NCBI GenBank assembly: GCA_965216565.1
Contig: OZ244170.1
Span: forward strand, 3,680,001-3,744,000
Direction: 5' to 3'
Origin: Bythopirellula sp.
GTDB lineage: Bacteria > Planctomycetota > Planctomycetia > Pirellulales > Lacipirellulaceae
Length of the DNA stretch: 64,000 nucleotides
The notes beneath the pieces were generated by a model that did not search any database, had not been told where the DNA came from, and saw nothing but the letters and a program-made list of their open reading frames with translations. Of this stretch, positions 26,550 to 35,413 are shown one piece after another. Positions within the stretch are counted from its first letter, which is position 1. Each line of letters opens with the position of its first letter. The position numbers and the translations under genes are program-made.

Positions 26550-27470
26550 ATGAGTGCAGAAGGTTCGAATCGAAAAATCGTGGTTACCGGTGCTTCCGGG
26601 TTGGTCGGGACACCGCTGGTCAACTCACTCGAAGCCGCGGGGCACGAGGTATTGCGTGCCGTGCGTCGCGAAGTCCGCGATCCTGCGAAAGAACTCTTCT
26701 GGAATCCCGCTGCAGGGGAAATCGACCGAGACAAACTTGCCGGTGCCGATGCGGTGGTGCATTTGGCCGGAGCAAACATCGCGGGCAAGCGCTGGACCGA
26801 GGACTACAAACAAACATTGATCGATAGCCGTGTCGATGGCACGACACTCATCAGCGAGACCATGGCCTCGCTCGATCCCAAGCCACGTGTGTTGGCCTGC
26901 GCTTCGGCCATTGGCTACTACGGAGATCGCGGCGTCGAAGTGCTCGACGAATCCGCTTCCAGCGGCGATGCCTTTCTGCCCGAAGTCTGTTTGCAATGGG
27001 AACGCGCTTGCCAACCAGCCCGCGACGCGGGTATCCGCGTCGCCAACATGCGACTCGGCGTAGTTCTAAGCCCCGAAGGTGGTGCGCTTGCCAAGATGCT
27101 GCCGCCGTTCAAGATGGGGGCCGGCGGAGTTCTAGGAAGTGGCAAGCAATACTTCAGCTGGATCTCACTCAACGATGCTGTTGATGCCATCGAACACGTT
27201 TTGGAAACCCAAGACATTACCGGACCCGTGAATCTTGTGGCACCGGCCCCGGTCACCAACCGCGAATTCACCAAGGCCTTAGGCAAGGTTCTGTCCCGCC
27301 CCACGGTGATCCCCATGCCCGCCTTTGCGGCAAAATTGGCATTGGGCGAGATGGCCGATGCCCTCCTGCTGGCTAGCACACGGGTCGATCCCAAAGTGCT
27401 ACGGGAGACGCAATTCCAGTTTCAGCATCCCACCGTAGAATCTGCTCTGAGAGATCTCCTGCAGAAATAG
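26550..27470 (+). CDS. TIGR01777 family NAD-dependent epimerase-like protein
   Basis: VTGASGLVG, VVHLAGANI, ASAIGYYG, GSGKQYFSWI, ALGKVLSRP. Confidence 0.92.
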   Translation: MSAEGSNRKIVVTGASGLVGTPLVNSLEAAGHEVLRAVRREVRDPAKELFWNPAAGEIDRDKLAGADAVVHLAGANIAGKRWTEDYKQTLIDSRVDGTTLISETMASLDPKPRVLACASAIGYYGDRGVEVLDESASSGDAFLPEVCLQWERACQPARDAGIRVANMRLGVVLSPEGGALAKMLPPFKMGAGGVLGSGKQYFSWISLNDAVDAIEHVLETQDITGPVNLVAPAPVTNREFTKALGKVLSRPTVIPMPAFAAKLALGEMADALLLASTRVDPKVLRETQFQFQHPTVESALRDLLQK

Positions 27471-27530
27471 CCTCTCTTTTTGAGGGCCATTGTGAGAACT
27501 ATCTCATGCGGTAAAATGGGGGGTTCTAAC

Positions 27531-27763
27531 ATTACAGCGCAGGGTGAGCTTGAAATGGGGACTAGCTCGTGATTGCTGAGTTATGTTTTGGGAATTGATT
27601 AAACGTAGCTAAAATCACGTGCCTGTCCCCATTTCAAGCGGAAGTTACAGATGGTCCGTCGAAAAAAGGGACAGGCACGACGACGTTGCGTGCGATGAGG
27701 GCTCAAGCCGTGTTCGAGCGTCGAGCCAGTCCCTATTTTCGACTCGCAACTCGGCGCTGTAAT
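27531..27763. mobile_element. ~230-bp MITE-like double-hairpin element (family F) copy 1
   Basis: 10-bp terminal IR ATTACAGCGC/GCGCTGTAAT enclosing two long hairpins; second copy at 44367-44581. Confidence 0.75.
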
Positions 27764-27795
27764 ACTTAACTCTCTCATGGAACTCAGGAATCGCT

Positions 27796-29214
27796 ATGCA
27801 CTCACAGGTCGTGGTACTTGGAGGAGGACCCGGGGGGTACGCTGCTGCCTTTATGGCTGCGGATCTCGGCATGGAAGTCACGATCGTCGAAGCCGATGAC
27901 CGACTAGGCGGAACTTGCCTGTTGCGGGGATGCATCCCATCCAAGGCACTGCTGCACGTAGCGAAGGTGATCAGTGAAGCCCGCGAAATGACGGAGTGGG
28001 GTGTCGCCTTTGGCAAAATGAAGCTGAAGGTCGACACCATGCGCGACCGCAAGAATCAGGTTATCGAAACGCTCTCCGGCGGGCTGGCCCAACTGGCCAA
28101 ACGTCGCAAAGTACAAGTGATCCATGCCCGCGGCGTGTTTGTAGATTCACAAACCTTGGAGCTTGAGAATGTCGATGAATCCAAGCACGATAGCTCGCGA
28201 CTGACTTTCGACCATTGCATCTTGGCCACAGGCTCTGTGCCCGCAATGCCAAAGATGTTCGACATTGGCTCGCCTCGGGTGATGGACTCCACGGGTGCTC
28301 TGCAATTGGCCGACGTGCCGAAATCTCTATTGGTAATCGGCGGTGGCTACATCGGCCTCGAAATGGGCACCGTCTATGCCGAACTCGGTTCGGAGGTGTC
28401 GGTTGTCGAATTGACCGAGGGACTTTTGCCGGGCGCCGATCGGGATTTGGTCAAGCCTTTAGAAAAACGTTTGCAGGGCCTGTGCAAGGAAATTCGGCTG
28501 GGCACGAAGGTTGTCGGGTTAAAAGAAAAAGGCAAACAGATTGAAGTGCAGATGCAGGGCCCGGATTTCGAGGGCGCGCTGACCTACGACCGGGTGTTAG
28601 TTTCTGTGGGACGTCGCCCTGTATCGCACGGCATTGGGCTGGAGAACACGAAAGTCACCCTCACCGAGCAAGGCTTTGTAGAGGTCGACGCCCAGCAACG
28701 CACATCCGACCCTCATATTTTGGCAATTGGCGACATTGCCGGCGAACCGATGCTGGCTCACAAGGCCTCGCACGAGGGCAAAGTGGCTGCGGAGGTACTC
28801 GCCGGCGAACCTGCTGCCTTCGAGCCGCAGGCCATGCCAGCCGTGGTGTTCACCGACCCCGAAATTGCCTGGGCCGGGCTCACCGAAGGCGAAGCCAAAC
28901 AGAGCGGTCGCAAAGTAAAAGTCAGCCAATACCCCTGGCAAGCCAGCGGCCGGGCAATCGCCATCGGCCGAACCGACGGCATGACCAAGTGGCTCGTGGA
29001 TCCTGAAACCGACCGTGTGTTGGGCTGTGGGATTGTCGGTTCTGGCGCAGGAGATTTGATTTCCGAAGCGGTGGTCGCCATTGAAATGGGTTGTGTCGTC
29101 CGCGACGTGGCCGACTCGATTCATCCTCATCCCACGTTGAGTGAAACGGTCGCCTTTGCCGGCGAAGTTCACCTGGGAACCGCGACTGAGGTTTATCGTC
29201 CGAAGAGAAAGTAG
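27796..29214 (+). CDS. lpdA: Dihydrolipoyl dehydrogenase (E3)
   Basis: GGGPGGY, GGTCLLRGCIPSK, GGGYIGLE, IHPHPTLSE. Confidence 0.97.
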   Translation: MHSQVVVLGGGPGGYAAAFMAADLGMEVTIVEADDRLGGTCLLRGCIPSKALLHVAKVISEAREMTEWGVAFGKMKLKVDTMRDRKNQVIETLSGGLAQLAKRRKVQVIHARGVFVDSQTLELENVDESKHDSSRLTFDHCILATGSVPAMPKMFDIGSPRVMDSTGALQLADVPKSLLVIGGGYIGLEMGTVYAELGSEVSVVELTEGLLPGADRDLVKPLEKRLQGLCKEIRLGTKVVGLKEKGKQIEVQMQGPDFEGALTYDRVLVSVGRRPVSHGIGLENTKVTLTEQGFVEVDAQQRTSDPHILAIGDIAGEPMLAHKASHEGKVAAEVLAGEPAAFEPQAMPAVVFTDPEIAWAGLTEGEAKQSGRKVKVSQYPWQASGRAIAIGRTDGMTKWLVDPETDRVLGCGIVGSGAGDLISEAVVAIEMGCVVRDVADSIHPHPTLSETVAFAGEVHLGTATEVYRPKRK

Positions 29215-29255
29215 TACTTATAAATGTTGAGGAAACGGGTTTAGGCCGAGAACAA

Positions 29256-29713
29256 TCCCCCTCCCTCGCAGGGAGGGGTTAGGGGAGGGTAGGATTAGGC
29301 TGGACTCATGGGCTCGCGATCAAAAAAACGAGTAAGCCAGCAAACCCGTGATCGGGCACTTAAACTAAGGAAACAAACAACTGAGCCAGAAAAGCTCTTG
29401 TGGTCGATACTTCGCGCTCGCCAGCTTGCTGGCCTGAAGTTTCGCCGACAACACCCCATCGAACCCTATATCGTTGATTTCTATTGTGCTCCTTGCCAAT
29501 TGGTTATCGAACTCGATGGAGAAAGTCACGAAGGTCGTCAACAATATGACGCAGAGAGAGAAAAATACCTGCATAACTTAGGATTGACAGTCTTCCGAGT
29601 TACTAACGATGACGTAATGAATAATTTGGAAGGTGTGGCCGAAGCGATTTACAGGGCCACATTGAATGAAAGACCCCTCCCCTAACCCCTCCCCTGCAGA
29701 CAGGGGAGAGGGA
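29256..29713. mobile_element. DUF559 gene cassette bounded by inverted family A hairpin repeats
   Basis: Left TCCCCCTCCCTCGCAGGGAGGGGTTAGGGGAGGGT (29256-29290), right ACCCCTCCCCTAACCCCTCCCCTGCAGACAGGGGAGAGGGA (29673-29713); interrupts lpdA-aceE. Confidence 0.65.
29308..29685 (+). CDS. DUF559 family (Vsr-like PD-(D/E)XK) endonuclease
   Basis: LRKQTTEPEKLLW, GLKFRRQHPI, YIVDFYC, LVIELDGESH, VFRVTNDDV. Confidence 0.93.
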   Translation: MGSRSKKRVSQQTRDRALKLRKQTTEPEKLLWSILRARQLAGLKFRRQHPIEPYIVDFYCAPCQLVIELDGESHEGRQQYDAEREKYLHNLGLTVFRVTNDDVMNNLEGVAEAIYRATLNERPLP

Positions 29714-29742
29714 CAAATGGGCAGCGAAAACAAAGGCCCCCT

Positions 29743-32445
29743 ATGTCTGATACAAAAACCGATATCCCACCGTCACCAATTCCAGATGACGTCGACCCTG
29801 GCGAAACCGCGGAATGGTTGGAGTCGCTCGATTACGTGCTGGAAAGCAAAGGCCCCGAGCGCGTAGGGAAATTGCTGCACGTGCTCGACGAAGCGGCGCA
29901 CCGCAACGGAGTGGAACTGCCGTTCACGGCGACCACTCCTTACTACAATACCATTCCCCGCGACAAGCAACCGCCCTACCCCGGCAATCGAGAGCTGGAA
30001 CGCCGCATCAAAAGCTTCGTACGTTGGAACGCCATGGCGATGGTCACCCGCGCCAACCGCGACCCGGCCGCCCCGGGCGGACATATCTCCACTTTTGCCT
30101 CCTCGGCCACGTTGTATGAAGTGGCCCAGAACCACTTTTTCCGCGGTCGGGGCGAGGATGGTTTCGGCGGCGATCAGGTTTACTACCAAGGTCATGCCGC
30201 CCCTGGTATGTACGCGCGAGCCTTTTTGGAAGGCCGTCTCACCGAGCAAAACCTGGTGAACTTCCGTCGCGAACTCAGCGAAGGTGGCGGGCTTTCGTCC
30301 TATCCCCATCCCTGGTTGATGCCGGAGTTCTGGGAGTTCCCCACCGTTTCGATGGGACTCGCGCCCATCATGGCCATCTATCAGGCGCGGTTCAACGAGT
30401 ACCTGAATGACCGAGGCATTCTCGACACCACCAACAAGCGTGTCTGGGCTTTCCTGGGTGACGGCGAGTGTGACGAACCGGAAACGCTCGGTGCCATTAC
30501 CCTGGCCGCCCGCGAGCATCTCAACAATCTGACCTTCGTAATCAATTGCAATCTGCAACGCCTCGACGGCCCGGTGCGCGGCAATGGTAAGATTATTCAG
30601 GAACTGGAAGGAGCGTTCCGAGGTGCCGGTTGGAATGTGATCAAAGTCATTTGGGGCAACGATTGGGATCCCCTGTTGGAAGAAGACGACCTCGGAATAC
30701 TCGCCCGGAGGATGATGGAAGTCGTAGATGGCCAATACCAAAAATATGTGGTCTCGCCTGGCAGCTTCATCCGCGAGGATTTCTTCGGCAAGTATCCTGA
30801 ACTGTTGGAAATGGTGAAAAACTACTCCGACGAAAAAATCGCTAAGCTCCGTCGTGGAGGACACGATCCTGAGAAGGTTTACGCGGCATACAAAGCTGCC
30901 GTCGAGTGCAAGGATCGACCCTCGGTTATCATTGCCAAAACCATTAAAGGCTATGGCCTGGGCGAAGGCGGCGAAGGCCGCAATGTCACCCACAACCAGA
31001 AAAAGCTCAACGAAGATGAGTTGCGCGAATTCCGCACCCGCTTTGGCATCCCGATCTCCGATGAGAAGGTTTCTGAGGCACCGTTCTATCGTCCGCCGGA
31101 AAACAGTCCCGAGATGATTTACCTGCGCGAGCGACGCGAAGCTCTGGGTGGCTCAGTTCCCAGTCGAACGGCCAAGCCAATTACAATGAAAGTGCCCACT
31201 CTGGCCGACTACGAAAAAACGCTGCCCAAGCTCGTCAGCAAAGGCCCCGGCAAAGAAATGTCGACCACCATGGGCTTTGTCCGATTGTTAAGCGACCTGC
31301 TGCGAGACAAGCAAATCGGCAAGCACATTGTACCGATTGTTCCCGATGAATCTCGCACGTTTGGTATGGAAGGCTTGTTCCGGCAAGTTGGCATCTACGC
31401 CCACACGGGCCAGCATTACGATCCGGTCGACTCCGATCAAATCGCCTTCTACAAAGAGGCCCGTGATGGCCAACTCTTAGAAGAGGGCATCACCGAGGCG
31501 GGGTCGATGTCGTCGTTCAACGCTGCCGGCACGGCTTATGCTTCGCATGGCGTGAACATGATTCCCATGTTCATTTACTATTCGATGTTTGGCTTCCAGC
31601 GCATTGGCGACCTGGTTTGGGCGGCAGCCGACATGCGGGCCAAAGGCTTTATGCTCGGCGGCACCGCAGGACGCACCACCCTCAATGGCGAAGGACTCCA
31701 GCACCAGGACGGGCACAGCCTATTGAATGCGATCGCGTTCCCCACCGTACGCTCGTACGATCCGGCCTACGCCTACGAGACGGCCGTGATTATCTTCGAC
31801 GGACTGAAACGGATGTACGAAGACAACGAGACCGCCATCTACTACATCACGCTGGAGAACGAAAACTACCTGATGCCCGAGATGCCCGAGGGCTGTGAAG
31901 AAGGCATCATTCGCGGCATGTACCAGGTGGCATCGCAGGAGGCGAAGGGCCATCGGGTCCAGCTATTCGGTAGTGGTGCCATTCTGCGAGAAACGTTGCG
32001 AGCCGCAGAGATTTTGGCCGATAAGTACGACATCGCGAGCGATATTTGGAGTGTCACCAGCTACACCCAACTCCGACGCGATGCCCAAGAATGCGAACGC
32101 TGGAACATGCTGAACCCCGGCAAGAAACCGCGTCGCTCGTACTTGCAAGAACAGATGGAGGGCCGCGAGGGTCCGACCATCGCCGCTTCCGACTATGTGC
32201 AAGCGTTGGCCGAGCAGTTGATGCCTTGGATTGAAGGCGGTTACACGGTTCTCGGTACCGACGGTATGGGACGTAGTGAATCGCGCGAAGCGCTGCGGCG
32301 TCACTTCGAAGTCGATGCCGAGTGCATCACGATTGCCACACTCTACCAACTCAGCAAGCTCGGCAAGGTAGATGCCAAGGTGGTTACCAAAGCAATCAAA
32401 GACTTGGGAGTCGACCCCGAAAAACCCTCGGCACTGTTCGCATAA
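29743..32445 (+). CDS. aceE: Pyruvate dehydrogenase E1, homodimeric type
   Basis: DVDPGETAEW, GGHISTFASSATL, SSYPHPWLMP, GDGECDEPE, EGLQHQDG. Confidence 0.98.
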   Translation: MSDTKTDIPPSPIPDDVDPGETAEWLESLDYVLESKGPERVGKLLHVLDEAAHRNGVELPFTATTPYYNTIPRDKQPPYPGNRELERRIKSFVRWNAMAMVTRANRDPAAPGGHISTFASSATLYEVAQNHFFRGRGEDGFGGDQVYYQGHAAPGMYARAFLEGRLTEQNLVNFRRELSEGGGLSSYPHPWLMPEFWEFPTVSMGLAPIMAIYQARFNEYLNDRGILDTTNKRVWAFLGDGECDEPETLGAITLAAREHLNNLTFVINCNLQRLDGPVRGNGKIIQELEGAFRGAGWNVIKVIWGNDWDPLLEEDDLGILARRMMEVVDGQYQKYVVSPGSFIREDFFGKYPELLEMVKNYSDEKIAKLRRGGHDPEKVYAAYKAAVECKDRPSVIIAKTIKGYGLGEGGEGRNVTHNQKKLNEDELREFRTRFGIPISDEKVSEAPFYRPPENSPEMIYLRERREALGGSVPSRTAKPITMKVPTLADYEKTLPKLVSKGPGKEMSTTMGFVRLLSDLLRDKQIGKHIVPIVPDESRTFGMEGLFRQVGIYAHTGQHYDPVDSDQIAFYKEARDGQLLEEGITEAGSMSSFNAAGTAYASHGVNMIPMFIYYSMFGFQRIGDLVWAAADMRAKGFMLGGTAGRTTLNGEGLQHQDGHSLLNAIAFPTVRSYDPAYAYETAVIIFDGLKRMYEDNETAIYYITLENENYLMPEMPEGCEEGIIRGMYQVASQEAKGHRVQLFGSGAILRETLRAAEILADKYDIASDIWSVTSYTQLRRDAQECERWNMLNPGKKPRRSYLQEQMEGREGPTIAASDYVQALAEQLMPWIEGGYTVLGTDGMGRSESREALRRHFEVDAECITIATLYQLSKLGKVDAKVVTKAIKDLGVDPEKPSALFA

Positions 32446-32517
32446 AGCCAAGACCGAATGCACTGCCGACGAGTACACAAGAGAGACGTAACGAGATCTA
32501 GTCGAATCTAAGAATGT

Positions 32518-32602
32518 TTGAACAGAAGAAAACAAAGAAAACAGAGAAGCGATGATTAGCTCCTTTCCGGCTTCTCGGTTACCACTGTTTACTCCTGTTC
32601 AA
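32518..32602. repeat. Purine/pyrimidine-arm imperfect inverted repeat (family G)
   Basis: TTGAACAGAAGAAAACAAAGAAAACAGAGAAGC ... GCTTCTCGGTTACCACTGTTTACTCCTGTTCAA; related at 45150-45226. Confidence 0.6.
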
Positions 32603-32643
32603 CAAATCCCCACGATCCATTTGTAAGAACGTCAAAGCAAGAA

Positions 32644-34038
32644 ATGGCCACACAAATAACACTGCCCAACTTGGGCGAGAATATCGATTCGGGCGACATT
32701 TTATCGATCCTTGTTTCCGAGGGCGAAAGCGTCACCGCCGATCAGGACTTGATCGAGATTGAAACCGACAAAGCCACCATGCCGGTGCCTAGTCCCCAAG
32801 CGGGCACGATCGTCAAACTTCTAGTGAGCGAAGGCGACACGCTGGAAGTTGGCGCCCCGTTTGCTGAAATCGATGCCTCCGGTGAAGCACCTGCTGCAGC
32901 GCCCGCGGCCCAAGAGGAACCTGCGAAGGAGCCTGAACCAGAGCCCGAACCAGAACCGCAGGCCAAGGCAGAACCGGAACCGGATTCCGAGCCGACTCCA
33001 CCGCCCGCAAAAAGTCCGGCACCTGCCGCAAAGCAGCCTGCTGCTGAAGTTACGCCCCCTTCAGCAGTGCCACCCAAAAAAGTCGCCACCACGCCTTCGC
33101 CCGCTTCTGATCGCGATTTACCGGGCGATGGTCACTCGGCCGCCGCTGCTGGGCCCGCCGTGCGACGCTTGGCTCGCGAACTTGGCGTCGATCTTCGCAG
33201 TGTCCAACCTAGCAGCACTTCCGGCCGCCTCACCGAAGACGATGTCCGAGCCCACGTTCGGCATCGCAACGAGCTAGTCGACGCTGCCCCTTCCGCAGCT
33301 GTCACGCCTCCTGGCAGGCCCGATACCGATGGTGCCGGAGCAGTGCGACGAGAGAAAATGTCTCGCATGCGGCAGACCATCGCGCGGAATATGATGCAAT
33401 CGTATTCCACAATTCCTCAGCTCACCAATTTCGACGACGTCGATGTCACCGAGCTAGAACGAATTCGCAAAGATAGCAAAGAAGACTACGCCTCTCAGGG
33501 CATTAAGCTCACGGCAATGCCTTTTTTGATTAAGGCGATTGCCGCTTCGCTCAAGCATCATCCGCTGTTGAATGCTTCGATTGATGAAGAAGCGAATGAA
33601 ACGATCTACAAGGAATACGTAAATATCGGAATTGCGGTCGATACCGAAAAAGGTCTGCTGGTACCTGTTCTGCGGGATGCAGACCGCAAAAACATTCCGC
33701 AGATAGCACGCGACCTCGCCAACCTGGCAGAGTCGGCACGCGATGGAACCTTTACGGTCGACGACCTCCGCGGTGGAACATTTACGATTAGTAACTTGGG
33801 CGCCGTGGGCGGCACTTATTCCACGCCGATTATCAATCCACCTGAGGTCGCCATCTTGCTTGCTGGTCGCAGTCGCATTATGCCACAGTATGTCGAGGGG
33901 CAGTTGGAACCTCGGCTGATGATGCCTCTTTCGATCACTTACGATCATCGCATTGTCGACGGCGCGGCAGCGGCCCGATTCCTCAACGAGGTCAAAGGCT
34001 TTCTGGCCAATCCAGGTCGGCTTTTGCTAGCTCCATGA
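32644..34038 (+). CDS. aceF: Dihydrolipoamide acetyltransferase (E2), one lipoyl domain
   Basis: IETDKAT lipoyl Lys, Pro/Ala/Glu linker, AGPAVRRLARELG, GGTFTISNLG, YDHRIVDG. Confidence 0.93.
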   Translation: MATQITLPNLGENIDSGDILSILVSEGESVTADQDLIEIETDKATMPVPSPQAGTIVKLLVSEGDTLEVGAPFAEIDASGEAPAAAPAAQEEPAKEPEPEPEPEPQAKAEPEPDSEPTPPPAKSPAPAAKQPAAEVTPPSAVPPKKVATTPSPASDRDLPGDGHSAAAAGPAVRRLARELGVDLRSVQPSSTSGRLTEDDVRAHVRHRNELVDAAPSAAVTPPGRPDTDGAGAVRREKMSRMRQTIARNMMQSYSTIPQLTNFDDVDVTELERIRKDSKEDYASQGIKLTAMPFLIKAIAASLKHHPLLNASIDEEANETIYKEYVNIGIAVDTEKGLLVPVLRDADRKNIPQIARDLANLAESARDGTFTVDDLRGGTFTISNLGAVGGTYSTPIINPPEVAILLAGRSRIMPQYVEGQLEPRLMMPLSITYDHRIVDGAAAARFLNEVKGFLANPGRLLLAP

Positions 34039-35201
34039 GTAGGCCTCGAATAAACTACCTGCAAGTGGTATTGGTCCCGTTGCTGATCTGGCAACTGCAC
34101 TGGGTTACCTTGGAGAGCAGTGTGGGCGAGCAGTTCGATGTCTGGGTGGGCACAACACGTCACGAGCAAACCGAGAGCAAGGGAATTTACCACGCTCGGT
34201 TCGATGCCGAGAAAGGCCGCCTGACGAAGCCCACCTTGGTCGCCGAGATCGAAAGCCCCGGATTCCTGACGCTCGATCCAACCGAAAGCATTCTCTACGC
34301 AACGGGCCGACAGCACGAAAGCGATTCGCTCTCTGCCTATCGCATCGGCCGCAAGAATCAAGCCACACGTCTCGTGCTCATCAACTCTCAGCCGATCGGC
34401 GATGGCGGGGCCGCCCACCTGGCCACCGACCGCACAGGAAAACTCTTGTTATCCGCCCAATATGGCGGCGGGTCGCTGGCTGTGTTTCCTCTCAAAGAGG
34501 ATGGCAGCATTGGCAAACGCACTCAACTTTTGAAGCACAAAGGCGGATCGGGAATTGTCGCCAAACGCCAAGAGGCACCGCACCCACACTGGGTTGGTAC
34601 GTCTCCCAATAATCGCTTTGCCTTTGTTCCCGATCTGGGTCTCGATCGCGTCGTGATCTACCGAATAGACGACACCAACTCCCAACTCACGCGCCATGGC
34701 GAAGGAGTCGCCCCCGCGGGCGCCGGTCCCCGACACATGAAGTTCCACCCCAACGGCAAGTTCATCTACCTGCTCAATGAATTGGCCCTCTCCGTCACTG
34801 TGTTTACCTACGACGTAGAGCAAGGGACGATGACCCCGATTCAAACGATTCCCACACTTTCGAAGGAAGCGAAAGCAAAGGAACCGTTTGTCAGCGCATC
34901 GGAAATCCGCGTTCATCCGTCGGGCGACTTTGTATACGCCGCAACGCGGGGTCACGATTCGATTACCGTGTTTCGAACACAAGCGGACGGCAAACTGAAA
35001 CTCGTCGAAATCGAACCGGTCCGGGGAAGCTGGCCGCGGAATTTCAATCTCGACCCCACCGGCAAATGGCTCGTCGTTGCCGGCAGAGATAGCAACACCC
35101 TCTCCGTGTTTGCGATCGACCCCTCTTCTGGCGAGCTTAGCTACTCTGGCCACACTGCCCCAGTTCCGAATCCTATCTGCGTATTATTCGGCAAGCCGTG
35201 A
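34035..35201 (+). CDS. Lactonase family (6-phosphogluconolactonase-like beta-propeller)
   Basis: AQYGGGS, RQEAPHPH, PDLGLD, GAGPRHMKFHP, WPRNFNL; ATGA overlap with aceF; N-terminal hydrophobic segment. Confidence 0.9.
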   Translation: MSRPRINYLQVVLVPLLIWQLHWVTLESSVGEQFDVWVGTTRHEQTESKGIYHARFDAEKGRLTKPTLVAEIESPGFLTLDPTESILYATGRQHESDSLSAYRIGRKNQATRLVLINSQPIGDGGAAHLATDRTGKLLLSAQYGGGSLAVFPLKEDGSIGKRTQLLKHKGGSGIVAKRQEAPHPHWVGTSPNNRFAFVPDLGLDRVVIYRIDDTNSQLTRHGEGVAPAGAGPRHMKFHPNGKFIYLLNELALSVTVFTYDVEQGTMTPIQTIPTLSKEAKAKEPFVSASEIRVHPSGDFVYAATRGHDSITVFRTQADGKLKLVEIEPVRGSWPRNFNLDPTGKWLVVAGRDSNTLSVFAIDPSSGELSYSGHTAPVPNPICVLFGKP

Positions 35202-35413
35202 TTCATTGCCGACGAGAGCAAGAACTTAGCCCTTTTCAACGTTCTGTGAGAAAGCTCACACCTCGGTGAAATTTCTCTGAATCTTGGCTGCAAACGGTGG
35301 AAAGTTGGCCAAAATCGCGTTACACCATAGGACGCGATTGACCTAGGCCTACCGCGCTGACGGTCCACCCGCAATCAATGGCCAACTACCACGATTCCGC
35401 GAGGTACAGAACG

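Noticed and set aside
29773..30993. 406-aa antisense ORF
   Set aside because: Shadow of aceE caused by codon bias; no protein motif.
32880..33110. GAACC(A/G)GAGCCC-like short tandem repeats
   Set aside because: Encode the normal Pro/Glu/Ala linker of E2.
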